DNA of 36,553 nucleotides from an uncultured Eubacteriales bacterium (GTDB lineage Bacteria; Bacillota; Clostridia; TANB77; CAG-508): NCBI GenBank assembly GCA_902766085.1, contig CACXCH010000051.1, positions 1 to 36,553 of the forward strand, read 5' to 3'. Shown piece by piece: positions 27,251 to 35,226 of this stretch (position 1 is its first letter; each line of letters starts with the position of its first letter). The notes under the pieces were generated by a model. It saw only the letters and a program-made list of their open reading frames with translations, ran no database searches and was not told where the DNA came from. The position numbers and the translations under genes were made by a program.

Positions 27251-27358
27251 TCCCCTTTCCTTTCTTAAATGTTAATTGACTTTTTTATTTTTATTGTCAA
27301 TTTTATTTATATAATTTCATTTTTTCGTTCATTTAATTTTTTTATTTTGTAAATTTTA

Positions 27359-28621
27359 TTATTCATCATATAATGAATTGAATGAATCTTGAAACATTAA
27401 ATTATCATAAACAATATATACATTATTAGGAATTTGACCATCCTGATTTATATCATTTAGAGTTTTATTGTTTACAACTTTTCCTTCAAAATTATCATAA
27501 ATTGTTATGCCATTATTTTGGTCATCATATCCAAATTTTAGCTCAAATCCTTCAAGTGGAAATTTAATATCTATTTTGTTATTGCTATTTTCAGTAACAA
27601 TATAATCCGTATAGACTTTTGTAATGTTTTGAATTAAACTTGCATAATCTCCATCTTCATTGTATTTTGTCATTAATGAGTTTAATTGTTCATTTTTATC
27701 TTGATCAAATGTACCTTTTTTATAAACCGAAATTTTTCCATTTAAGAAAAATGCATAAAAATCCTTTGTTCTATAGCCTAAAGGAGTAGCTATATCTGTT
27801 CCAAAATAATAGGCATCTCCTAATATATCGTCATTAACACTACTTCCTGTTGTTATTCCACTAAATACTTCATTTTTATAGTCACTATCAAATACTATAT
27901 TGTAAACACTGTCTCCTAGCATTTTTACTTTATAGCCATTATATACATAATAATCGCCATCTTGTGATTTCATATTTTGTACTGAAATTTTTGCATTCCA
28001 TTTATTATTTATTAATGATTGTAAAATATCAGATTTAACTGTTATGTTCGAATATTCATTACTTGTTTCTATAATTTGCTTTAATGACCTTTTTGAAACT
28101 TCATCCTCAAAAAATTTTGGATTGTTATTTATTATATAACCTGCATTTTTGTTGCCTGTATCAGAATCAGTTTTTAGTTGAACAAAAACAATTATTGAAT
28201 GTTCATCATCTATGATTCTAAAATTATCGTTCATTTTATCTGCAATATTTAGTATAACATCTTCATAGAAAACCTTGTTTGAATATATGTCTCTGCCAGT
28301 ACTATCTGTTGTTTCTGTATTAAAATTCATATAGATATCTTGCTTACAATTGCTATCAGAAGATTTTTTAGTATCAATATAAGTACATCCTAAATAATCA
28401 CACACATCTTTGGGAGTAGATAAATTAGGATATACATTTGATATATTTTCTGTATTTAATGCGTTTAATTCATTTTGAGTTGAGTTTTCCACATTATTTG
28501 CACTTTGTGTGTTGATTGCTTTGCTCTTTGCAAGATTTATAATTAATACAGCAAACAAAATAAGAAGTATCACTACTAAGATTATAATAATTTGAAGTAT
28601 TCTTTTTTGATCTTGTTTCAT
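27359..28621 (-). CDS. Bitopic membrane protein of unknown function, fifth member of the TM-anchored ectodomain set
   Basis: The 420-aa protein has an N-terminal TM segment (ILQIIIILVVILLILFAVLIINL) and an N/D/Y-rich beta-type ectodomain. Confidence 0.5.
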   Translation of the reverse strand: MKQDQKRILQIIIILVVILLILFAVLIINLAKSKAINTQSANNVENSTQNELNALNTENISNVYPNLSTPKDVCDYLGCTYIDTKKSSDSNCKQDIYMNFNTETTDSTGRDIYSNKVFYEDVILNIADKMNDNFRIIDDEHSIIVFVQLKTDSDTGNKNAGYIINNNPKFFEDEVSKRSLKQIIETSNEYSNITVKSDILQSLINNKWNAKISVQNMKSQDGDYYVYNGYKVKMLGDSVYNIVFDSDYKNEVFSGITTGSSVNDDILGDAYYFGTDIATPLGYRTKDFYAFFLNGKISVYKKGTFDQDKNEQLNSLMTKYNEDGDYASLIQNITKVYTDYIVTENSNNKIDIKFPLEGFELKFGYDDQNNGITIYDNFEGKVVNNKTLNDINQDGQIPNNVYIVYDNLMFQDSFNSLYDE

Positions 28622-28622
28622 T

Positions 28623-28754
28623 ATTACTTAAAGATCCTTTCCATTTCGATTTCGTTGCCAAATGATTTGCCTTAACATTATTTCTATTTCAATTTTGGTA
28701 CCAAATTATTAACCTTACACATTATTTCTATTTCAATTTTGGTACCAAATTATT
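28623..28754. repeat. 44-bp-period tandem repeat (two perfect 35-bp cores plus one degenerate copy), each with a TTTGGTACCAAA palindrome
   Basis: The cores cattatttctatttcaattttggtaccaaattatt at 28676-28710 and 28720-28754 are identical. A degenerate copy lies at about 28623-28666. The proximal copy contains the last 8 codons and the stop of the 28728..29915 CDS. Confidence 0.85.
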
Positions 28755-29915
28755 TACTTTAACATCTTTTAATTCTTTATTAAATGCCGCTCTTCTAGGG
28801 ATTATTACTTCATTTACAATTCTTTCAATATTACTAATTAATCCTAAAAGTATCACAAATAGTAAAGGTTGAGAGGCAAATATTTCATCTGCAGATAGCA
28901 CAAAAATTGAAAAGATTAGTAATTGGACTGGTTGTTTTATTACCTCTGTTAAAAATTCTATCCACCAGTTTTGAAAGGCTTGAGCAGTTCCATCCCTCAT
29001 TTTATCAAGAGAATATGTGGCACAAACAAGTGGTGATATTACAACATAAAAATAAATTTTAAATGTTCTTAATAAATATACAACAAAAAATTTAACTTCA
29101 TAATATGTAAGCATACAATATACGATAAAAAAATATACCGGATGATTTGCCGTGGTGCCGTTCTTAAATAGTCCATTTATCGTTTTATCTATTATCTGCG
29201 TCTCAATATTTGTATCTATTGCTCCACTAGTTGCTTTAACTATCATACTTACAAATAAATTTGATGCATATATTATTGTAATCATTAAAATATGTAGAAT
29301 ATATATAAGGCAAATGCTTATTGTCCAATCGATAAGCATTTGTTTATACTTTGCCATTTGCTTTGGTGACGCGCCTCCATCTGTAGCTAAAAGTATGGCC
29401 ATTCTTAATCCCGTATATAAAAGTAATACTAGAATTATAACTGCTGATATATTTCTTACTCCAGTATACCATTTTGCAACATTTTCTCTAATGCTATTTA
29501 CTAAATCATCGTTATTTCCTGTATCTGTTTCCCAAAAGTTAATTCCAAATAGGTCGTATTTATTTGATAAAAGATTGATTATTGTAAATGTATCTTTAGT
29601 GTTAGCTACAAGTTGTATAAAATAGTTTCCCAGTTTCGGTATAAATGAAAGAACCAATGCCAATGCTCTTAATACAGTAACGCCAATGCCTTGCTTTGCT
29701 GCAAGTGTTTTGGTTTTTTGTGAAGCATTTCCATTTTCATCTTCAGATGTATATGTTGCCGTGCCACTATCTATTTCTTCATTTATGTCATTTGGAGATG
29801 TAGCATCTAAGTCCTCACCTAAAGATGATGGAGAAGCTATGTCTGCATAAGAATTAACTGTAAGTAAACTTAGTACAGTTAATATTGTTAGAAAAATTGC
29901 AGTTACTTTTTTCAT
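28728..29915 (-). CDS. Short VirB6/TrbL-like polytopic membrane protein (paralog 5, core only)
   Basis: The 395-aa protein has a signal peptide ending NSYA-DI. Its core reads IRENVAKWYTGVRNISA, LLYTGLRMAIL, ISPLVCATYSLDKMRDGTAQAF and VIKQPVQ. It has no long C-terminal tail. Confidence 0.7.
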   Translation of the reverse strand: MKKVTAIFLTILTVLSLLTVNSYADIASPSSLGEDLDATSPNDINEEIDSGTATYTSEDENGNASQKTKTLAAKQGIGVTVLRALALVLSFIPKLGNYFIQLVANTKDTFTIINLLSNKYDLFGINFWETDTGNNDDLVNSIRENVAKWYTGVRNISAVIILVLLLYTGLRMAILLATDGGASPKQMAKYKQMLIDWTISICLIYILHILMITIIYASNLFVSMIVKATSGAIDTNIETQIIDKTINGLFKNGTTANHPVYFFIVYCMLTYYEVKFFVVYLLRTFKIYFYVVISPLVCATYSLDKMRDGTAQAFQNWWIEFLTEVIKQPVQLLIFSIFVLSADEIFASQPLLFVILLGLISNIERIVNEVIIPRRAAFNKELKDVKVNNLVPKLK

Positions 29916-30089
29916 AGCTCCTCCTTTTATATTTATTTTGCAATTATAATATTTATTTTACTATTTTCTTAGTAAAATCACTTATTGCTTTCTTAGTATA
30001 ATTTACATACTATTTATTATCCTTAGTAAATTTTGAATATTAATAATTTCTTGTTATAAATAAGACCTTATCTATCTTTGTAAATGTTT

Positions 30090-32060
30090 TTATCCATTTT
30101 CATTTCTTTCTTGTATTTTGTTTATATTAGTTTCAATAAATTCAAATTCCTTCTTTGTTGGCCTGATTTCAATTATTGCTGTTTGTTCCCCAACCTTAAA
30201 TAGTCCTTGACCACGTGAGCACGTTGTTAAGAAAGCTGCCTCGCCATCACTTAGTTTGAATACTTCTTTAATATATTGAATTTCAGATTTATCCTGTGCT
30301 AAGAATAGCTTTGTATCAGATGATGTTAATACTGCTTGTACCTCTGATTTTTCATAAAAGTCTTGGAATCTCTGTGATACAACTGCTAGTGAAACATTTC
30401 TCTTTCTAGCACGTCTTGCCATTTTGTTAAGGAAATCAACTGCTTCTGGGAAAGGTAAAAGCATCCAAGCTTCATCAATTAAAACTCTCTTTTTCTTTGC
30501 TTTTGATTTATCCTCACTATTTTTCTTAACAAATTTTTCCCAAATCCATGACAATAAAATTTGTTGTGCTAAAGGTCTAGCAAATCTCTCCTCTAGTCCA
30601 GAAATATCAAGATTAATAAATGTTGTTCCCTCTAATAAATCAAATGTTGATTGTCCATCGAAATAAGACATTTGACCATTATATTCTCTAACATATTGTT
30701 TCATAACTTTTGTTAAATAACTGTAATGTTCTCTATAATCAGGGTTTTTGTTTTGGCTTGCATTTAATAATATTCTGTGATACCAAGAGCCTATTGTAGG
30801 CATTGCTTTTTTCCTACGTCCTAAATAGCCATTGCTAATTGCTCCACCTTGATTTACCGAATACAAACTATTGATATCATTTGTTATTCCAAGGCTTGCA
30901 TACTCCTCTGCAGCAGCCTCTGCAATAATTTGCTTTGTAACTTCATTTACAAAATCAGTTTGTGTACTACCTCTTGCCATAGTAAGTAAAACCTGTGTTA
31001 CATCTTCGATTTTATTCTCAACATTTAATGAAACCATTTCTCTTCCTGTTATCTCATCTTTAGTTATTTCTGGTTCAACATCAAATGGATTTATTATTGT
31101 GTTTGATGTTGGAGAAATTACAACATTTATTCCTCCAAGTGCATCTGCTACAACTCCATATTCGCCTTCGGCATCAAGTGCAAGGCTCTCAATTCCCATT
31201 AGAACTGCAGATCTTGCAATCAATGTTTTAATTGTTACACCCTTACCAGCTCCAGATTTACCAAATACTACCATATTGTAGTTACTTAGTGTTGGACTAA
31301 AATTATCATATAAAATTGGTAAACCTGTTTGTCGGTTAAATCCTATTGGAATTCCATTTTCGTGTCCAACATCAGCATTTATAAATGGAAAAACCGTTCC
31401 CATAGATCTACGATCAAATGTATGCTTTTTTTCAATTTTATCTTCATTAAATGGAAGATTTGATTTGAATGCATCCTCTTGCATTGCCCATGCTGTTTTA
31501 ATTCCAGTCAATGTTTTTGACATATCGGCTGTTAGCATCTCTGTTTGCCTATCAAGTTCTTCTAGATCATAAGCAAATATTGTGCACATTATGGATGCTT
31601 CAAATAACTTATCGAATCCGCTAGCAATCGCATCTCTAAGCTCTTCAGCTTCATTTCTCTTCTGAGCAAGCATACTTTCACGGTTTATATTACCTCGATC
31701 TGCCGCAACAATTCTTTCAGTTTCAAGTTCATTAATAGTTCTATTTAATTCACTTTGTGACTTTGCTTCGCTTATTGGTCTAATGAAAACTGATACATTA
31801 ATGTCGCCAAAGTTGTACATATCTCTTAGTAATAATGGGAATGTACACATTCTTGGAAGTGCAGATATTACCATTGTTCTAGCATATTTACTTGTTGAAG
31901 CAACTATTTCTAGGTGATTTGTACTTGATGCATCAATTCCAGATGGTGCTATTAAATCTTTGATATCCTTTTTATTTGCTTCAATGCCATTCATTTTCAT
32001 CTGTTGTTCCGCACTTGAATCATTTACAATATTTATGTTTTGAGATTGTTTGTTTTTCAT
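30090..32060 (-). CDS. VirB4-family T4SS ATPase (PrgJ/TcpF/ConE-like)
   Basis: The 656-aa protein opens with the N-terminal motif IAPSGID...YARTMVISALPR. Walker A reads FGKSGAGKGVT (31233-31262) and Walker B reads RVLIDEAWMLL. The RKRNVSLAVVSQRFQDF motif is also present. GGAGG lies 8 nt upstream of the ATG. Confidence 0.9.
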   Translation of the reverse strand: MKNKQSQNINIVNDSSAEQQMKMNGIEANKKDIKDLIAPSGIDASSTNHLEIVASTSKYARTMVISALPRMCTFPLLLRDMYNFGDINVSVFIRPISEAKSQSELNRTINELETERIVAADRGNINRESMLAQKRNEAEELRDAIASGFDKLFEASIMCTIFAYDLEELDRQTEMLTADMSKTLTGIKTAWAMQEDAFKSNLPFNEDKIEKKHTFDRRSMGTVFPFINADVGHENGIPIGFNRQTGLPILYDNFSPTLSNYNMVVFGKSGAGKGVTIKTLIARSAVLMGIESLALDAEGEYGVVADALGGINVVISPTSNTIINPFDVEPEITKDEITGREMVSLNVENKIEDVTQVLLTMARGSTQTDFVNEVTKQIIAEAAAEEYASLGITNDINSLYSVNQGGAISNGYLGRRKKAMPTIGSWYHRILLNASQNKNPDYREHYSYLTKVMKQYVREYNGQMSYFDGQSTFDLLEGTTFINLDISGLEERFARPLAQQILLSWIWEKFVKKNSEDKSKAKKKRVLIDEAWMLLPFPEAVDFLNKMARRARKRNVSLAVVSQRFQDFYEKSEVQAVLTSSDTKLFLAQDKSEIQYIKEVFKLSDGEAAFLTTCSRGQGLFKVGEQTAIIEIRPTKKEFEFIETNINKIQERNENG

Positions 32061-32075
32061 TATAAAACCTCCTCA

Positions 32076-33284
32076 TTAGTTTGTTTTTCTTCTGATTACT
32101 CTTCTTCTACGCTCAGTACCGTTTTGTTGCTCTTGTTTTGATTCTTCGCTATTTTCTTCAAGTTTTGAAGAAGCTATCTGATTTTTAGTCTCTTTGTAAA
32201 GTTCATCTGTCATTTCATCTTTGTAGTCATCAATCATTTCTTGAGCACGTTGCTTAATTCTAGTTTCTCTTTGTTCTCTATTTATCTCATCCGCTTTAAT
32301 TATACTCTTTGCTGCAAGTTTAGAAGCTTCGTCATCAATTTGTTCTTCAATTCTCTTTTTCTTTTCTTCCATAACGTCTTTTGCTGTTGAGTATAGTCTA
32401 TCATATTCAGCATTCAAAGCATCTTTTAGATTATAGTTTTCAGAGCCATCTCTGTTATATGCTACATATAACAATTCTGCAAGTTCTTCTGAAGAAATAA
32501 CTCTTCCTGTAACCTCTGCTGATGCAAGAGATCTAATAATTGTTTGACATCTTGTATATAACTCTGAAAAAGCAATATCTCTAATTTCGTCATTAGAGTA
32601 TTTGCTAGTGTCCCCATATTCACTTGTGTAATATGAAACAACAATATAAGTTTTTTGCTGTAAAATGTTTTTACTCTCACTTATTTTCAAAGTATAATCT
32701 TCAATTGACTCACCATATTCAAGTATATTTATTTTTCTTTTTCTTTCAAATTGTAACCTATTTAAGGTATTCATATCATTTTGTGCTGTTGCATTTGATA
32801 TTTGGTAATCCAATCTTGCTATTTGATCTCTGATATCGTCCGTTCGTTTTTTATAGCTTTTTATTAGGTCAGTTAAGTCAAGAGTTCTAGTTTGAACATA
32901 TAATTGAATTGGAAATCTTAGTGTATTGAGCATTTCAATGAATCCCATTTCTACAGCATTTTTCTCGTCCTCAGAAAGTAAATCATAGTTTATTCCTTTG
33001 CATTCAATTACCATTACATATTGTTTTCCATTTTTTCTCACAATCATATTATCATTTATTGAGTCAAACTCCATAAATTTGTAAATTGAATCAATCGCTT
33101 TGCCATCTCTCGTAATATAGTTTGGCCTTTCTTTATTTTTGTTTTTTATCTCTTGATTGTTCTCTTCATTTTTTTGTTTTTTTTCTACCATTTTCTTAAC
33201 TATAATTAAGGCAACAAGTCCTAATATTACAATTAGTAAAACAACAATCGCTAAAATAATATTTAGCATTTGAATTGTATCCAT
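32076..33284 (-). CDS. Membrane-anchored protein resembling a VirB4/TraC N-terminal (non-ATPase) domain, with a coiled-coil and basic tail
   Basis: The 402-aa protein has an N-terminal TM segment (IILAIVVLLIVILGLVALIIV). It then reads DNMIVRKNGKQYVMVIECKGINYDLLSEDEKNAVEMGFIEMLNTLRFPIQLYVQTRTLD, a pattern typical of VirB4 N-domains. No P-loop is present. The start overlaps the upstream stop (TAATG). Confidence 0.4.
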   Translation of the reverse strand: MDTIQMLNIILAIVVLLIVILGLVALIIVKKMVEKKQKNEENNQEIKNKNKERPNYITRDGKAIDSIYKFMEFDSINDNMIVRKNGKQYVMVIECKGINYDLLSEDEKNAVEMGFIEMLNTLRFPIQLYVQTRTLDLTDLIKSYKKRTDDIRDQIARLDYQISNATAQNDMNTLNRLQFERKRKINILEYGESIEDYTLKISESKNILQQKTYIVVSYYTSEYGDTSKYSNDEIRDIAFSELYTRCQTIIRSLASAEVTGRVISSEELAELLYVAYNRDGSENYNLKDALNAEYDRLYSTAKDVMEEKKKRIEEQIDDEASKLAAKSIIKADEINREQRETRIKQRAQEMIDDYKDEMTDELYKETKNQIASSKLEENSEESKQEQQNGTERRRRVIRRKTN

Positions 33285-33712
33285 TATTCGTTATCCTCCT
33301 TTGTGTTATTACTACTTCTTTCTTGTAGTGCATCCCAAATTCTCTTTGAATCGCTTTTTTCGATGTAGTCTGGCTCTTTTCTAGGAATTGCATAAGAATA
33401 AATTTTTCTATTTTTCTTGAACACTGCATATTCCCTAATTATTTGGTCAAGAGATTCTCCTCCTACAGTTTTAGTTAATCTCGTATTTCCAATCGTAGGA
33501 ACTTTTATTGTAACTACTAAATACCCAATTATGGCAAATATAATCATAACACCAAATCCTATGTATGGATGTCCCATTGCTCTTATAATAAAATAAAATA
33601 TTGAGCCGAATAATGCTCCAATAAATGTTGCAATTAGACTTTTTCCTGTGAAAATATAGAGTATCCTTCCTTCTCCTTTTAATTTGTTATTGGGTATATA
33701 ATAACTTCCCAT
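33284..33712 (-). CDS. PrgI-family / VirB3-like small membrane protein
   Basis: The 142-aa protein starts YIPNNKLKGEGRILYIFTGKSL and then has two TM helices. It sits immediately upstream of the VirB4 module, as prgI-prgJ do. Confidence 0.6.
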   Translation of the reverse strand: MGSYYIPNNKLKGEGRILYIFTGKSLIATFIGALFGSIFYFIIRAMGHPYIGFGVMIIFAIIGYLVVTIKVPTIGNTRLTKTVGGESLDQIIREYAVFKKNRKIYSYAIPRKEPDYIEKSDSKRIWDALQERSSNNTKEDNE

Positions 33713-33747
33713 TATTTTGTTCCTCCTTCGTTTTAAACTTCTAAAAC

Positions 33748-34209
33748 TTAAAACAATCCGTTTAAAATTGAAACAACTATGTTATAGATTCCAACTCCTC
33801 CATAAACAATAAACATTGCCACAACAAACCAAATTAAACTTTTCTTTATGTTTGCCCTATCTTGCATGCTTTCTGCAAGCATATATTTAAGTCCTAATAT
33901 TGCTCCAACAACTAAAAATACACCTGTTGCAATGTAAACTATAATGTTTGCAATTGGTATCAAACTATCAAGTATATCCTGCTGATCAATTACCTGATTT
34001 TCTTTTCCCTTATTTATAAAGTCACTGCCTGAACTAATTATACTACTTGCTGTTGTGTCACTTGATGTACTGCTACTATCTGATTCAGGATTGCCATATT
34101 CATCAGCCCTTATTGCATAGCAATTATTTTCATTTAATGCAATAAACATAAGTGTACAAAGTATTAGTATTACCTTTCCTATATTTTTTGTTATTAAAAA
34201 TTTTTTCAT
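33748..34209 (-). CDS. VirB2/TrbC-like pilin candidate 3, with an extended S/T-rich N-terminal region
   Basis: The 153-aa protein has a signal peptide ending NCYA-IR. A mature C-terminal helix-loop-helix follows: TM1, then MLAESMQDRANIKKS, then TM2. The ribosome-binding site is unusually distant (16 nt). Confidence 0.5.
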   Translation of the reverse strand: MKKFLITKNIGKVILILCTLMFIALNENNCYAIRADEYGNPESDSSSTSSDTTASSIISSGSDFINKGKENQVIDQQDILDSLIPIANIIVYIATGVFLVVGAILGLKYMLAESMQDRANIKKSLIWFVVAMFIVYGGVGIYNIVVSILNGLF

Positions 34210-34249
34210 AGATAATTAAATTTCACTCCTTTATTAATTAGTTAATATG

Positions 34250-34618
34250 CTATACAATTTGTTGACTCAAATTTGCCACAATTTTTACAATCGTTCCTAT
34301 TGCAAACAATATTACAGCTCCTATTGCGACTCCGATCATCTGCTCACTAACTTTTGCTTTCTGATCAGGTGCTGCAAGCATAATTTGAACCCCTTTTACA
34401 AGCACAATTATAACTGCGGCTGCATAACAGATAGGAGTTACAGCTCCAAGTATCTTTGATGTTATTCCATTTATAGTAGTGTTTGGTGTATATACTTGGT
34501 CACCTGATATTGTTGGTAAATCATCATCTGCATAGCAAATAACAGGTATTCCTATCATTGAGATTATTATAATTGATATTATTATAATAATACTTTTTAT
34601 CATTTTACTTTTTTTCAT
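34250..34618 (-). CDS. VirB2/TrbC-like pilin candidate 2
   Basis: The 122-aa protein has a signal peptide ending VICYA-DDD. TM1 (ICYAAAVIIVLVKGVQIML) is followed by the loop AAPDQKAKVSEQ and then TM2. Confidence 0.55.
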   Translation of the reverse strand: MKKSKMIKSIIIIISIIIISMIGIPVICYADDDLPTISGDQVYTPNTTINGITSKILGAVTPICYAAAVIIVLVKGVQIMLAAPDQKAKVSEQMIGVAIGAVILFAIGTIVKIVANLSQQIV

Positions 34619-34654
34619 ACTATCCTCACTTTTAGTTACAATTATTCAAATATA

Positions 34655-34684
34655 ATTATAACTTATTTGCAACGTATTTTTCAA
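34655..34684 (-). promoter_or_regulatory. Possible promoter for pilin candidate 2 and downstream genes
   Basis: The minus strand reads TTGAAA (34679-34684), an 18-nt spacer, then TATAAT (34655-34660). False positives are common in AT-rich DNA. Confidence 0.35.
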
Positions 34685-34775
34685 TATTTTAATAAAAAAA
34701 ATATATAAATGTAATATTTTTATGTTATCATTGATAATTATTAGCTCTTTAAAAAGTAAATATAATATAATTTTA

Positions 34776-34808
34776 ACGTAAAAAATAAGGTAATTAAAAT
34801 TACCTTAT
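34776..34808 (-). terminator. Rho-independent terminator or attenuator directly after pilin candidate 1
   Basis: A perfect 10-bp stem ataaggtaat / attaccttat (34785-34794 / 34799-34808) has loop taaa. TTTTTTA follows on the minus strand. The hairpin lies 28 nt after the stop codon. Confidence 0.6.
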
Positions 34809-34835
34809 TTCCTAGTATTTTTAGTTTAATTATTA

Positions 34836-35198
34836 TTACGTTGTTGTTATAGTACTTGTAGCTACATTCTTGATAACATTTAATATAGCTCCTGCAGCAA
34901 ATACCATTACAGCTCCTACTACATAATATATTGCTGTTTTCTTTAGGTCAGCTTTTGCATCTGGAGCAGCAACAAGCCATTTAACTCCTAATACAATTAA
35001 TAGTATTACAGCTGCGGCATAACATATAAGTGATACAACATATAAAACATTACTTATAGATTTTCCAAATCCAGCAGCTGAAACTGTACTTGGAGATGGT
35101 ATATCAATAACACTAGCTAATGATATATTAAGTGCTAAAGCAACTGCTGCAATTATAAATAAAACTGAAACTATTTTTGATATTTTACTTACTTTCAT
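34836..35198 (-). CDS. VirB2/TrbC-like pilin candidate 1 (probable major subunit)
   Basis: The 120-aa protein has a signal peptide ending SLA-SV. TM1 (ICYAAAVILLIVLGVKWLV) is followed by the loop AAPDAKADLKKT and then TM2. AAGGAGG lies 7 nt upstream of the ATG. Confidence 0.55.
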   Translation of the reverse strand: MKVSKISKIVSVLFIIAAVALALNISLASVIDIPSPSTVSAAGFGKSISNVLYVVSLICYAAAVILLIVLGVKWLVAAPDAKADLKKTAIYYVVGAVMVFAAGAILNVIKNVATSTITTT

Positions 35199-35226
35199 AA
35201 TTATCCTCCTTAAATCTATTATAATA

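Noticed and set aside
27270-27300. The inverted repeat aattgac ... gtcaatt between the 420-aa gene and paralog 4, as a terminator or operator.
   Set aside because: The stem is only 7 bp, the loop is ~15 nt and T-rich, and low-complexity AT sequence surrounds it. This is within chance expectation.
437-31281. All plus-strand ORFs in the six-frame track, for example 437-730, 2012-2452, 3677-4018, 5254-5667, 13001-13417, 14861-15286, 24819-25286, 29152-29625 and 30871-31281.
   Set aside because: Each lies entirely antisense to a longer minus-strand gene with recognisable motifs. Their translations are F/L/S/I-rich low-complexity strings typical of shadow frames in AT-rich DNA. None has a convincing ribosome-binding site.
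13707-33429. Short minus-strand ORFs nested in other frames of large genes: 13707-13901, 15216-15470, 15501-15722, 16287-16502, 22389-22595, 26956-27192, 32462-32680 and 33196-33429.
   Set aside because: They sit inside better-supported CDSs in alternative frames, they are compositionally biased (K/Q-rich), and they have no independent start signals.
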